A stretch of 64,000 nt of DNA from Eledone cirrhosa (Eukaryota), in assembly GCA_964016885.1 (NCBI GenBank), contig OZ024747.1, positions 46,004,001-46,068,000 on the forward strand. The letters run 5' to 3'. A program made the translations under genes and the position numbers. Below the pieces are notes generated by a model, which had not been told where the DNA came from, ran no database searches, and was given only the letters and a program-made list of their open reading frames with translations. Below, in pieces: positions 39,756 to 53,860 of the stretch (position 1 is the first letter of the stretch; every line of letters starts with the position of its first letter).

Positions 39756-39767
39756 AATAATAATAAT

Positions 39768-42700
39768 CCACCGGTGGTTATGTAACCATACATTCGCCAA
39801 ACCTCGATAAGAGTGTTTAAATGTCCAACCTAAACAGTTCGAATAACGGTGAAATGGAGACTAGAACGTCATGTGACAGACTCTCACCCAACAGGTGCTC
39901 CCTGGCTCAGCAGCAGGGACCTGGCTGTCAACCAAATACTGCTGGTGTCGGAGGAAGAAGAAGAAGGAAAGGGACCAGAACCAACTGGACGGAAGAATTG
40001 AATAGAACTGTTATGCAATGTTACCTGAAAAGTAACCCCAAGGAGAGGGGCTATAGGAAACGGATGCATAACATCTGGAACGAGATTGGTCTATTTAAAT
40101 TAGATGAACAAAAATTGGCCGGGCAGGCTCGGGTAATAAGAACTAATGGGTGGATAAGCGAGCTGGAACTGGAGGAACTGAGCAGAGAGATTAGTTTGGA
40201 GATGGAGGGTGGAGTATGCAAGGCAAACGAGCCAGTGGGAAATGAAGGTGAAGAGGTCGAGAGAACGGAGGAACCACCCGAAGCAGACAATGATCTGAAT
40301 ACTGAGATAAATAATACCTGGAACAGAGATACGGCCACTGAGGAGATGAATGCTGACGGGCTAGGACAAGATTTGGTTGATATCCTAAATTTAGTGGTAG
40401 ATGAATTGAACAATGATAGTGGGAGACCTATGAACCTAAGATTTGTAGACAGGAAAAAGTTAAAAGAAACAACAGCTAAGGTAAACAAAGTCATCCCATA
40501 CCTTGAGGCGAGGAGCCTTCACCAGTGCAACAATATCCTCAAAGCAACAGCAAATACGGTGAGGAAACTACTTGGTATAAAAGCGAGAGGAAACAACAGA
40601 CAAGAAAGAGCAGAGCCTTGGTGGAAGAAACGACTGAGTGGTCAAATCAGGGAAATGAGAAATGACATTGGAAAGCTTGAGTCCCTACTGAATGGGACAC
40701 TAAAAAACATAGACACTAAAAATAGACTGGAAATAAAGTACAAAACTAGGAGGAAAAAGCTAAATATTATCATAGAGAAACTGAAGCAACGCATTGTAGC
40801 AAAGAGTGCAAAAATCAGGCGATACGAGAACAGAGTCAGTCAGTATAAACAGAACCGCATGTTCGACAACAACCAGAAGATGTTGTTTGGACAGCTTGAA
40901 GGGAAAGAAAGAGGCAATGACTTGATCCCTGAGGCGGAACAAACTAAAACATTCTGGAGAGGAATATGGGAGCAGGATGTTAGACATAATGACCAGGCAG
41001 TGTGGATTGAGACAGTACAGGAGATCAGTAAACAGGCACACCAACAAACTGATTTGAGTATCACAGTTGAAACTCTTAAGGGGTAGGCCAAAAAACTAAC
41101 CAACTGGAAATCACCAGGCCCAGATGGTGTGCAGGGGTATTGGATTAAAAATATAACATCCCTCCACCCGAAACTGACAACCATGTTCAATGACTGCTTG
41201 ATGTCAGGTGAGGTACCAGAGTGGTTGACAAAAGGTACCACAGTTCTGATAATGAAAGACCGAATCAAGGGTAATGATGTTACCAAATATAGACCTATCA
41301 CATGTCTGTCCGTAATGTGGAAACTGTTGACGTGCATTGTGTCTGAGGAAATCTACCATCACCTCCACACAAACAACTTGTTACCGGACGAACAGAAAGG
41401 ATGCCGAAAGAAGTCACGTGGTACAAAGGACCAGTTACTTATTGATAAGATGGTAATGGGGATTTGCAGGAGGAGACACACTGATCTTGCCATGGGATGG
41501 ATAGACTAGAGAAAGGCATTTGACATGGTGCCTCATTCTTGGATCACCAAAAGCCTGGAGATCTTCAAGGTGACAGATAACATCAGACAGTTGTTGGGCA
41601 AAAGTATGAGGTCCTGGGAAACAGAGTTAACATCAACTGGAGAATCCTTGGGAAGCGTGATGATTAAGAGAGGTATCTTCCAGGGAGATAGCCTGTCCCC
41701 TCTGTTGTTTGTCCTTGCCATGATGCCCCTGACCAGTGTACTGCGAAAAGTGAGAGCAGGATACAGGTTGGGAAAGGGAGTGCTTACCATCAATCACCTC
41801 CTCTTCATGGACGATCTTAAGCTCTTCGGGAAGAGTGAGAAGGAGTTGGATGTGCTTGTTGACACTGTCCGTATTTTCAGCAGTGATATATGTATGCAAT
41901 TTGGTATTAGTAAGTGTGGAGTCATTGTGATGAGGAGGGGTAGGTTGAGCAGAAGTAACGGAATCCAGATACCAACAGGTGAGATGATAAAGGAAATTGA
42001 CTCTGAGGAAGGATACAAGTATTTGGGCGTTCTGGAGGCTGATAGCATAAAGAACAAAAAATGAACGAATTGTTAAGAACTGAATACATTCGGAGAGTAA
42101 GGAGCGTATTGAAGTCACATCTGAACAGCAGAAATGCCATAAGCGCAGTAAATTCCCGAGCTGTGTCTATTATTAGGTACAGTGCGGGAATTCTGAGATG
42201 GAATGTTGCTGAACAAAAAGAAATGGATAGGAAGACTAGGAAGCTATTGACTATCTACAACATGTTCCACAAGAGGAGTGATGTCGATAGACTCTACTTA
42301 AGGAGATCTGAGGGTGGAAGAGGTCTTATCAGCATAGAGGACTGTGTTCAGTTGGAGAAAAACAACCTACACAAATACGTGACTGATAGTAAGGAGCCAA
42401 TGCTCAGAACTGTACTGAAGGAGGGGACAATAGGCCAGGGGATGTACAGGGAGGAAATAACATCAAGGAGAAAGAGCAGCCTTCAGGAAAAATCCCTTCA
42501 TAGTACCTTCTTTGAGAAAACTGAATTTAGAGATCCACAGACATGGAACTGGTTGAAAAGAGGAGACCTTAAAAAGGCTACAGAAGGAATGTTAATGGCT
42601 GCGCAGGAGCAGGCCCTCAAAACGAAGTGGTTGAAACACCATATTTACAAGGAGGAGGCTAGCCCACTGTGCAGGATCTGTGGAGAGAGAGAGGAAACTG

Positions 42701-43317
42701 TGCCTCACATTGTATCCGAGTGTAAACACCTAGCCCAGACCCACTATAAGGGCTGGAGACATGATGTGATGGGCAGGTTGATCCACTGGCACCTGTGCAA
42801 AGTAAACAATTTACCACATTCTGAGAAATGGTATGAGCATAAGCCAGAGGCGGTGATAGAGAACGATCAGGTGAAGGTGCTGTGGGATTTTAGGATACAG
42901 ACGGACAAGAAACTGGAACACAATAGACCTGACCTGGTGGTGGTGGACAAAGAAAAAAGATCGTGTCTGATTGTGGATGTGGCCTGCCCATTCGACACGA
43001 GAGTGCAAGAGAAGGAGAGGGAGAAAATTAACCGATACCAGGACTTAAAGTGGGAGATAAAAAGGATTTGGAACTGCCATGAAGTCAAAGTGATCCCGAT
43101 TGTCATAGGCGCACTGGGGACTATCTCCAAAGTTTCCAGGGATGGTTAAAGAAAATCGGCCCCTTCACGCTTTTTGGAACGCTTCAAAAGGCATGCTTGC
43201 TGGGAACAGCAAGAACCCTCCGATACGTCCTGAATATCTGAGGCTGCAGGTAGTGGCTTGATATTCATTCCAACAAACTTTCCAGTTAACTAACATCAAT
43301 GACTGAGACTCAAGGAG
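39768..43317 (+). mobile_element. R4/Dong-like RLE non-LTR retrotransposon, near full length with a few stops and frameshifts
   Basis: Single ORF 39821-43240: WKSPGPDG, YRPITCL, GIFQGDSLSP, LLFMDDLKLF, CRICG..H..C, RPDLVVVD..IVDVACP; flanked by (TAA)n. Confidence 0.93.
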
Positions 43318-43324
43318 TAATAAC

Positions 43325-43381
<57 letters not shown>

Positions 43382-43382
43382 T

Positions 43383-45163
43383 GTGCCTCATTCCTGGATC
43401 ACCAAAAGCCTGGAGATCTTCAGGGTCGCAAATAACATCAGACAGTTGCTGGGCAAAAGTATGAGGTCCTGGGAAACAGAGTTAACATCAACTGGAGAAT
43501 CCTTGGGAAGCGTGATGATTAAGAGAGGTATCTTCCAGGGAGATAGCCTGTCCCCTCTGTTGTTTGTCCTTGCCATGATGCCCCTGACCAGTGTACTGCG
43601 AAAAGTGAGAGCAGGATACAGGTTGGGAAAGGGAGTGCTTACCATCAATCACCTCCTCTTCATGGACGATCTTAAGCTCTTCGGGAAGAGTGAGAAGGAG
43701 TTGGATGTGCTTGTTGACACTGTCCGTATTTTCAGCAGTGATATATGTATGCAATTTGGTATTAGTAAGTGTGGAGTCATTGTGATGAGGAGGGGTAGGT
43801 TGAGCGGAAGTAACGGAATCCAGATACCAACAGGTGGGAAATTGACTCTGAGGAAGGATACAAGTATTTGGGCGTTCTGGAGGCTGATGGCATAAAGAAC
43901 AAAAAAATGAAGGAATTGTTAAGAACTGAATACATTCGGAGAGTAAGGAGCGTATTGAAGTCACATCTGAACAGCAGAAATGCCATAAGCGCAGTAAATT
44001 CCCGAGCTGTGTCTATTATTAGGTACAGTGCGGGAATTCTGAGATGGAATGTTGCTGAACAAAAAGAAATGGATAGGAAGACTAGGAAGCTATTGACTAT
44101 CTACAACATGTTCCACAAGAGGAGTGATGTCGATAGACTCTACCTAAGGAGATCTGAGGGTGGAAGAGGTCTTATCAGCATAGAGGACTGTGTTCAGATG
44201 GAGAAAAACAACCTATACAAATACGTGACCTATAGTAAGGAGCCAATGCTCAGAGCTGTACTGAAGGAGGGGACAGTAGGCCAGGGGATATCCAAGGAGG
44301 AAATAACATCAAGGAGGAAGAGCAGCCTTAAGGGAAAATCCCTTCATAGTACCTTCTTTGAGAAAACTGAATTTAGAGATCCACAGACATGGAACTGGTT
44401 GAGAAGAGGAGACCTCAAAAAGGCTACAGAAGGAATGCTAATGGCTGCGCAGGAGCAGGCCCTCAAAACGGAGTGGTTGAAGCACCATATCTACAAGGAG
44501 GAGGCTAGCCCACTGTGCAGGATCTGTGGAGAGAGAGAGGAGACTGTGGCTCACATTGTGTCCGAGTGTAAACACCTAGCCCAGACCCACTATAAGGGCT
44601 GGAGACACGATGTGATGGGCAGGGTGATCCACTGGCACCTGTGCAAAGTAAACAATCTACCACATTCTGAGAAATGGTATGAGCATAGGCCAGAGGCGGT
44701 GATGGAGAACAGTCAGGTGAAGGTGCTGTGGGATTTTAGGATACAGACGGACAAAAAACTGGAACACAATAGACCTGACCTGGTGGTTGTGGACAAAGAA
44801 AAAAGATCGTGCCTGATTGTGGATGTGGCCTGCCCTTTCGACACGAGAGTGCAAGAGAAGGAGAGGGAGAAAATTAACCGATACCAGGACCTAAAGTGGG
44901 AGGTGAAAAGGATTTGGAACTGCCATGAAGTCAAAGTGATCCCGATTGTCATAGGCGCACTGGGGACTATCTCCAAAGGTTTCCAGGGATGGTTAAAGAA
45001 AATCGGCCCCTTCACGCTTTTTGGAACGCTTCAAAAGGCATGCTTGCTTGGAACAGCAAGAACCCTCCGATACGTCCTGAATATCTGAGGCTGCAGGTAG
45101 TGGCTTGATATTCAATCCAACGGACTTTCCAGTTAACCAACATCAATGACTGAGATTCAAGGA
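43383..45163 (+). mobile_element. Second, 5'-truncated copy of the same R4/Dong family, in tandem
   Basis: Highly similar to 41528-43317; preceded by (TAA)~21 and followed by (TAA)n to 45217; ORF ends LLGTARTLRYVLNI. Confidence 0.95.
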
Positions 45164-46184
45164 ATAACAATAACAATAATAATAATAATAATAATTATAA
45201 TAATAATAATAATAATAAGGGAAGAAGACGCACTTGGTGGATAGAATGTTATGAAATCGCTCCCGTAAGATTTTGATTTTTAACATATTTAAAACAATTG
45301 TGATATAACAATTCTTAGTACAAATGAGACATAAAGCACCAGACTCAGCTCTCAGAAAATTCGGATCCTTAATATCCTGTTATATCGCTCAAATATTCAA
45401 TTTTTTATTATAAATTTTATATTCAAAAAGGAAAATGGTTATAAATGGAAGAAAACCCCCTCTGTCTACACTATATAGAACAGCCAAATAACATTAATTT
45501 CACCAACACCACAAACTAGATACACTACCTATCCCATCATCCCTCTGTGTACACTAAATACAACAGCCAGATAACGGCAATTTCACCACCACCAATCCCA
45601 GCATAATAATAATAATTACTATTATTGTATCTCAAGTTTTCTCAAAATGTTTAATTCAAATATTAAGAAAATATGTCAACTCATATATTAAACATACGCG
45701 ACAAACCGCATAGATACACAGATCAAACAAACGCATACTACTAGAGTCTATTCAACAAAACTCAGTAATGACAACGCCATCACTATAGTTACCGCCGCCA
45801 CCATTCCATCCATCATTACTACCACTATCCCATCACTGCCGCCACCACTCCTTCATTGCTACCACCACTATTCCCCCACTACCTTCTGTTAACTTAAGAA
45901 ATGGGAAGGTGGCGGTATCACTAAACAAGGGAGAGGCTAGCAAAAGATATAAATAGATTGAGTTAGTGACACGGTCAAATGTCAACGACTATGGCACTGC
46001 TGGCTCCCCCTTCCCCACCAACAATAGAAAAAGCCCCACCACCACCACCGACATAGCCAACAACAATAACATGCAAATTCAGCAAAAGTATATTATATTA
46101 TTAATAATAATTTCATTCTTAAGCCACGCTATGCTCACATTAAGGAACCACTCATGATAATAACAATTTAAAAAACAACAAAAG

Positions 46185-49100
46185 AGAAAACCCCGTGACC
46201 AAGAAATACCAGGATGGCGGCCGATGAGGAATAGCCGTGTCTCTAGGGTAGGACGACCCCTCTAGTCTTGGTTTACACTCGTCCTAGAAGTGGTAACACG
46301 AAATGATTACCCCTTAGCGGTTAAGGATAAAACGCGAAAAAATAAAGTAAATGTCAAATGAAAAAATCTCATACCGGATCGGCCGTCACCCGGGTCAAAA
46401 AGGGCCGCGTCCCTCAGAGAGGGAAAAATCAGCTAATGGCTCAAACCTTCCCATCACTTCAGAGCTGGAGATCTCCCATAACCGGAATACTCCTACAGTT
46501 GCCCTCCATGCTCACCACCAAGAAATCCAAAGAAAAAGAGATAAAATTGGTCAAGGGAAGACAATAAAGAAGTCCTTGAGGCTTTCTACACTGCCATGTA
46601 CTACCCATCAAATAGATCGAATACAGAACAGACATATATCAACTGGAAAAAGAAACATCCCGAAAACAGGCTATATTGACAGTAACAAAATAGCCAATAT
46701 ACGAAGAAATATTGTTAAAAAAAAGTTACTAACTGATATAGAAATTGATCAGATCAAGCTATTAGCACAAAGTCAGCGAAGGGAAAATGAAACATGTGTC
46801 AGTGAAAACGAGGTAAATTGTAACACTTCGAATCCCAGGGTTCGGGCGGAATCACTGACAACAGAACAAATTAAAGAAAGGATCGAAAAAGTGGAGGGAG
46901 TGCATGCTCAAGATGAAACTCAAAATGAAAACAATGAGATCGTAATTGATAAAGAAATGAATGAGAATGAACCTGCCAACTTGAAGGATGAAATTATGAA
47001 AATGAAAGAATCTGACATGGGGAACGAGACATCGTCCCTAAGATCCAGAACTCCAAACAGAACCAAAAGATAATACACAAGACTAACATAATTCACAAAA
47101 ACATTATCATTACAAACAAACTAAACATTACTGATTTAAATCATCTCTATTATGCATCGGCTAAAGTCACCACTCACGTATGTGGAGTGAAAATGAAAAA
47201 ACAAAGGAATTCCCACAAGAAAACTACTTGGCAAGAGAACATCAATCGCCAAATAAACCTTCTCCGATCTGACATAGAAATTTTAACAAACTACAAAGTA
47301 GGTGAACATGTTAAACAAACTAAACTTAGAAAATTGAAAAGAAAATACAGTATAAAATCAACAAGTGACATAGACATGCTGATAGAAATAATCAAGCAAA
47401 AAGTGTCGGCCAAAGCTGTTCGTATAAGGCGCTTTGAAAACGATCTAGATTCTATAGAGACAATAATATGTTCAAAAACAACCAAAGAAACTTCTACAGA
47501 AAAATTGGCAAGTCAACAATAACTGCTAAATCAATACCACCCAAGGAGGAAGTGCAAGAATTCTGGGAAAAGATCTAGGCCGAAGAAAAAGTTCATAATA
47601 TACATGCCCCATGGATAGACAGACAAATGTAAGATACAGCTCACCTTGAGGAACAAATATGGTAAAATATAACAGTTGAACAGTTGCGTTTGGCTCTTAG
47701 AAAAACCAGCTAATGGAAATCCCCAGGAAAAGACAAAATACAAACTTTTGGATAAATGCCTTCACAGAGTCTCATGAAATGTTAGCCCAACTTTACAATG
47801 AAATAGTTAAGGAGCCAGAAAAGATACCATCATGGCTAGTTAACGGCATTACATTCCTGCTTCCGAAGAATGATGAGACAAACAATCCCAAAAATTACAG
47901 ACCGATAACTTGCTTGACCACAATGTATACAATTTTAGCATCAGTCCTAACTGAATATACATATGATCCCTTGATAACAAATGATATATTTCCCAATGAG
48001 CAGAAAGGGTGTAAACGAGACTCATATGGCTGTAAGGATCAGCTTTTGGTTAACAAAATGATACGGGAAGATTGTCATAATAGACACAAAAATCTATCAA
48101 TTGCTTGGATAGATTATAAAAAAGCATTCGATAGTTTGCCACACATTTGGATTGAAAAATGTTTAGAGATTTTCAAAATATCTCCCGTTGTCAGGAGGTT
48201 CCTGTCATTCAGTATGAAGACATGGAAAACGACACTCCTTTGAATAGTGAAAAAACATCACTGGAAGCTGGAGAAGTTAATATTAATTGTAGAATCTTTC
48301 AGGGTGACTCTTTATCACCAGTTTTATTCTGCATCGCACTTATACCATTAAGTAAAATGCTCAATGAAACAAAACATGGATATAAAGTCTATGACAAAAC
48401 CTTTAATCACTTGTTCTACATGGATGACCTGAAACTATTTGCAAAATATGATCAACAATTGCAAGGGCTATTATCCACTGTGGAGAAAATCAGTGATGAC
48501 ATTAAAATGAAGTTTGGACTAGATAAATGCGCCAAAGCAACGTTCACCAGAGGAAAGCTGCTGAAAAGTTCAGACATTAATCTTGAGCGGGGGAATGTGA
48601 TAAGAGAACTTGATCAAGAGGAAACTTACAAATATCTAGGTGTTTGTGAAGGATACGGAATCAAGCACGCGACAATGAGGGAAAGGATAAGGAAGGAATG
48701 TTACCGCAGAGTAAGAGCAATCTTAAGAACGGAATTGAATGCAAGGAATAGGATCGATGCCATAAACACGCTTGCCATACCAGTAGTAACCTACAGTTAC
48801 AATGTCATCAACTGGTCAAGCACAGAGATCCGCAGGCTCGATACAAAAAATAGAAAATTCTTAACCATGCACAGAATGCATCACCCTAAGGCAGATACAG
48901 ATAGAATATATCTCCCTAGGAAAGAAGGAGGACGTGGGTTAATCCAGTTAGATATTGCGTTGAAAACTGCAACAACTGGATTATCTACATATCTAAGGGA
49001 ATCACATGATTGGATGCTCAAACTCGTTTTGAAACACGAAAGCATCAAATGATCATACTCCATTACAAAAGATGCACAAAGATACAGTACTGGACTACAA

Positions 49101-49763
49101 ATTTCAGAAGTTCCATTTACTGCTGAAATGGAAAACACAGAAAAGGAAAAGCAGGTAAAAATAACTGCAAAGAAAGAAATGCTACAGAAACTGGCTAAGA
49201 AATGGCAAGAAAAGCCTCTGTATGGAAAATACCCAGAAAGAGCTCTACAATCCTGATGTTGACAAAACTTTAACCCATCAGTGGTTGGCATCCTCTGGAC
49301 TGAAATCGGAGACTAAAGGACTGATTATATCACCACAAAATCAGTGTCTGCCTGCTAAGAGGGTATGTCCGTTCCAATAGACAAGAATGTATCTATAAAA
49401 ACATTTGAAAAATTGAGCAAGTATAAGGACCTGGAGATAGAAATTGGAAAAATGTGGAAATTGAGAACTAAAACAATACCAGTGGTTGTAGGCGCTCTAG
49501 GAATGATACCTAAGGGGTCTAATGATTGCAAATCCCAGGAAACCCGCGTATAGGAGAAATACAAAAGATAGTACTAATGGGAACTGCCCATATACTAAGG
49601 AAGATTCTGTCGATATAAGTACATCACAAGTCTAAACACCTAAAGATGCATGTGTGTGTATGTATGTTCTTTCTTGAACATGGCGGACCTTGTTGTCTCT
49701 TGAGGTCACTGGTTGTGACTTGGTGATAACTCGTATGAACATAAAGCAAGATAAATGCAACTA
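46185..49763 (+). mobile_element. Divergent, decayed R4/Dong-like element with an internal deletion
   Basis: NYRPITCL, WIDYKKAFDS, IFQGDSLSP, LFYMDDLKLF, KYKDLEIEI..PVVVGALG; zinc knuckle to PD region missing near 49360; ends in (TAA)n. 5' boundary approximate. Confidence 0.88.
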
Positions 49764-49782
49764 TAATAATAATAATAATAAT

Positions 49783-49883
49783 AATTGTTTCTACTTTAGG
49801 CACAAGGCCAGAAAATTACCCAGTACATTACTGGTACTTTATTTTATCGACCCCGTAAGGATGAAAGGCAAAGTTAACCTCGG
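49783..49883 (-). mobile_element. SINE 3' half, tail-to-tail with the Dong element across (TAA)n
   Basis: Core and tail match the other copies. Confidence 0.85.
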
Positions 49884-49929
49884 ATACCTCTCGTTCCTAC
49901 GAAGCAGATTTTCCTATATATATATATAT

Positions 49930-49997
<68 letters not shown>

Positions 49998-50032
49998 AGA
50001 TAGAAAGATCGAGATACAGAATATATATAGAT

Positions 50033-50088
<56 letters not shown>

Positions 50089-50762
50089 GAATATATATAT
50101 AGATAGATAGAGAGGGAGAGATAGAAAGAGAGAGAGAAGAATATATATACATAGAAAAAGAGAGAGTGAGGAATATATAGATAGAAAGAGAGGGGGGGAT
50201 AAGACATGTCGTTTTTGCTATTCAGTTAATCATAGTTGTTCTCAAATAAGTAGAATTAGTAGCAAAGAATAAGGCAGGAAAGCTGATTGGTTCAATAAAG
50301 GAGAGTCGGTATAAGATGGAGAACCAAGATATTTATCTGTTCGATTTTTCAGTAATCGGGTGTCACGTTTCTTAATTACAATAGTTTAGCAGGTTAGTCT
50401 ATAATAAATCATTTTTTTCACAGTTGCATAGATTTTCAAAAATGTGAGGAAATTGTTTCAATTTACTCTCAGACATTTCATTAGAATTCTCGTTATGGGT
50501 ATATGTACTACTGGCTGCTTCCCTACTTGTCTCAGATATCTCATTCTTACTGAATACATTCTAACCATAATTGAAATGTTACAGTGAGAAATTCTATTCC
50601 AGTGCTTATCACTTACTTCACGAATTGGTAGAGTTGATAAAGAGTCGAAGTGAAAACATCACAGTATTTATTCCGACGCTCTGTACTTCGAGCTCAAATC
50701 TGATTGTGACTACATTTACTTTCCCTCATTCTGTGTTTTACAATGGAAATATATATACAATA

Positions 50763-50930
50763 GTTGTTTCTACTTTTGGCACAAGGCTAGCAATTACGCA
50801 GTACATTACTGGTACTTTATTTTATCGACCCCTGTAAGGATGAAAGGAAAAGTTAACCTCGACGGGATTTGAACTCAGACCATAAAGGGACGTAATTATG
50901 CTGGAAAGCATACGGCCAATTCACTGGTGA
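50763..50930 (-). mobile_element. SINE copy
   Basis: Core, B-box and tail match the other copies. Confidence 0.85.
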
Positions 50931-50957
50931 TTCTCTCTCTCTCTCGCTCTCTCTCTC

Positions 50958-51013
<56 letters not shown>

Positions 51014-51956
51014 TATATATATATAGTATAAACAGAGTTTCATACACTTGACATGTATGTGCTACCATCAGTCATGGCCACTTTTAAACTCGTCCTTAAT
51101 ACGGGCACGTGGACAAAAATATGAAAAGGGAAGTAGTTATCCCTCAACTAATCCTTCCTCCTTCCCGTGGTCATCATTATATTTGAAACAGGGAAGGCAA
51201 ACTGGCTCGAAATCTGTCTATAGACTAAATTTTCAAATTTTCTATGGATTTTTGTCTACTTTGGTGGTTAAGAGAAGGGGCTATTTAATTTATCAGATAC
51301 TTTGTAGATATCTAAACTGATTAAGGTAAGTAATTATATATGCACGGACACACATAACAATTCATTAAAGATTTTTTTTAATTACATGCATTTGCGCGCA
51401 CATGTGAGCTCAAATATGCACATATCTATACATTTGCACACATATATAGGGTACCTATCTATGCATACACGTAGAGAACAGCAACTTATATTTTCTTCAC
51501 AAACTTTTTATCCCCCTAACCTTAATGCCCCAACCATCTTACTTTAGTCTGCCCTGCCACACACTTTAAACATACTTTAAACATACTTCATTTATCATAT
51601 GTCACAAATTCGTTAATACATACACTCTTACATACAAATGACAGTTAGATATTTTACACGTACACAATATAAACTTCAACATGCATACACACATTAAAAT
51701 TTAATCATACACTCACACATACAAATCCACACATCTCACAGACATAGGCTAATATTGCCAGATACTTTACACACACACAAAATAACTTAACGCACATATA
51801 ATTTACTCAAATTTCCAACTTACATTCACTCACACATACATGTCAACTACCACACACCACATAGATATACGCATAGCACACGCAAACTTTGATACTTTTC
51901 ACAATAAACCTTACAAAAACATACACGTTTAAACATACACATACACACACACAAAT

Positions 51957-52141
51957 AATTGTTTCTACTTTTGGCACAAGGCCAGCAATTACCCAATGCA
52001 TTACTGGTACTTTATTCTATCGACCCCGGAAGGATGAAAGGCAAAGTTAACCTCGGCGGGATTTGAACTCAGATCATACAGGGAGGTAACTCTATGCTTC
52101 AAAGCATGGCATCCGATCCTCTACCGATACTGCCAATCCAC
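51957..52141 (-). mobile_element. Full-length SINE copy
   Basis: A-box, B-box, core and tail present. Confidence 0.88.
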
Positions 52142-52429
52142 ACACAAATAATATCGACTCTATACACACAATTTTCACTTTGCGTTCCAAAATCGTTACC
52201 AAGACTACAGACGGTTTGTCTAATTTACTCTCTTTATTTTATTTTATTCTATTTTTTTTTCTTTTGCACTTGGACTATCTTTTATTTTCTGTATAAATCC
52301 TTTGTGATCTGTATCTATTTTTGTACTCCTGAAGAAAGGCTAAAGTCCAAAACGTCAAACTTTCTTTCCTCTTTTCCAAATAAGTGTGAAACTAATAAGA
52401 CTTTTGGACCTCAGATTGTCGTTTCCTTG

Positions 52430-52465
<36 letters not shown>

Positions 52466-53508
52466 CGAAGGAGTTGTGGTAAGGAACCAGATGGACGATA
52501 ACGCACCAGAGAACACAATACTTAGGATAGTAGAGTGGGTAATAGTCCAGAAATAGCCGTCGAAGCGGCTTGAGCTCTGCCATCGGGGTCATACTTTCTC
52601 CTATATATATATACATACGGATGTTTGTACAAATTGATGGGAGCAAATACATCAATTACTGCCATACATTGATAAGCATTTCGCCAGGAAACGGTATAAA
52701 TACAAAGAATAATCAAAGAAAAATAAATAAATGAGTAAAATGATAAAGGAGAGAGACAAAAGTTGACATGGCATTGGATGTAATACCATTAGTTAAGTCA
52801 AATATATATATATATATCCATACATAAACACACACAGATATATATAGATATAGATATATACCTATATAAACATATACTTGCACATGTATGTGTGTGTCTG
52901 TGTATATGTGTATATAGGAAGAGAGAGAGCGAGAGAGATAGAAACAGACAGACAGAGAATGAAATAGAAGTAAAGTAATTCTGAAGTAGTCTTTCGAAGT
53001 TTTTCCATAGCAAAACAGCTATTTTCTTGGTGCCTCTTCTACAATCAGCAGGTACGGTTTATAGAATAGACATCAAAACATTGGAATATGTCAAGATTGT
53101 TCTAAGAGTTATTTATTCTAATAAAACAAATCATTAGTTTGGAATTGCTCTCTCCTTCCCCTCACTAATCACCACCACCCCTTTTCCACGCTGTCATTCC
53201 AATCAAATGAATGATGTGTTTTTCAGTCATACTCCAAGTTTATCGTGCTGTATGTCACCTGAACAACATGTCATAACTGTCATTAGAATGTCTATCCACT
53301 GACAGAAGCAGTAAACACATTTCTTTCTATCAGTTTTTGCTTTAGCATAGTGTGTTTGTTAAGAGGCCGGAAGCTATTACTCCTTGCCTATAATATAAAC
53401 ATCTTGCAGCAGACTTCTTTGTCAAAGTTGAATTACTTGCAGATAACATATTTCTTTCTATACATTACATGGCTTCTTCCTTGCACATTCACAAACACAC
53501 ACACACAC

Positions 53509-53548
<40 letters not shown>

Positions 53549-53860
53549 GTACACATACACACATAGATGTAGATACGGTTATACACATACATGTATACCC
53601 GTACTATATCTATCTCTTTTCTATTTTTGACCAATTTTCAACTGTCCCTTCTCACTTCTCTTGCTTATTATAAGAGTCACACGTGGTAAATTAAGAACTG
53701 GCATATATCTAAATTAGGCATGTCCCCTATTAATTGAAGTGAACGAAACAGATATGTAACAGTACACGTCTTTGGAAATAGAGGGAGCGATATATATATA
53801 TACGTATATATGTTTCTCTCTCTTTCTCAATATATATAAATATATATATATACACAATAT

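Noticed and set aside
38925-39800. Apparent start MANVWLHNHRWIIII for Tx1 copy C ORF2
   Set aside because: Chimeric read-through from the antisense Dong leader and the AAT repeat into a 5'-truncated ORF2.
43299-43895. ORF with a poly-Ile 'signal/TM' segment
   Set aside because: The (TAA)n spacer read in frame into the second Dong copy.
41528-45163. Dong tandem as an assembly duplication
   Set aside because: The copies differ by many substitutions and distinct indels, so independent insertions are more likely.
30980-52360. HHR-like remnants at ~30980-31018 (-) and ~52325-52360 (+)
   Set aside because: Core mutated (CTGATAA; AAAA for GAAA) and stem I not evident; at most decayed PLE ribozymes.
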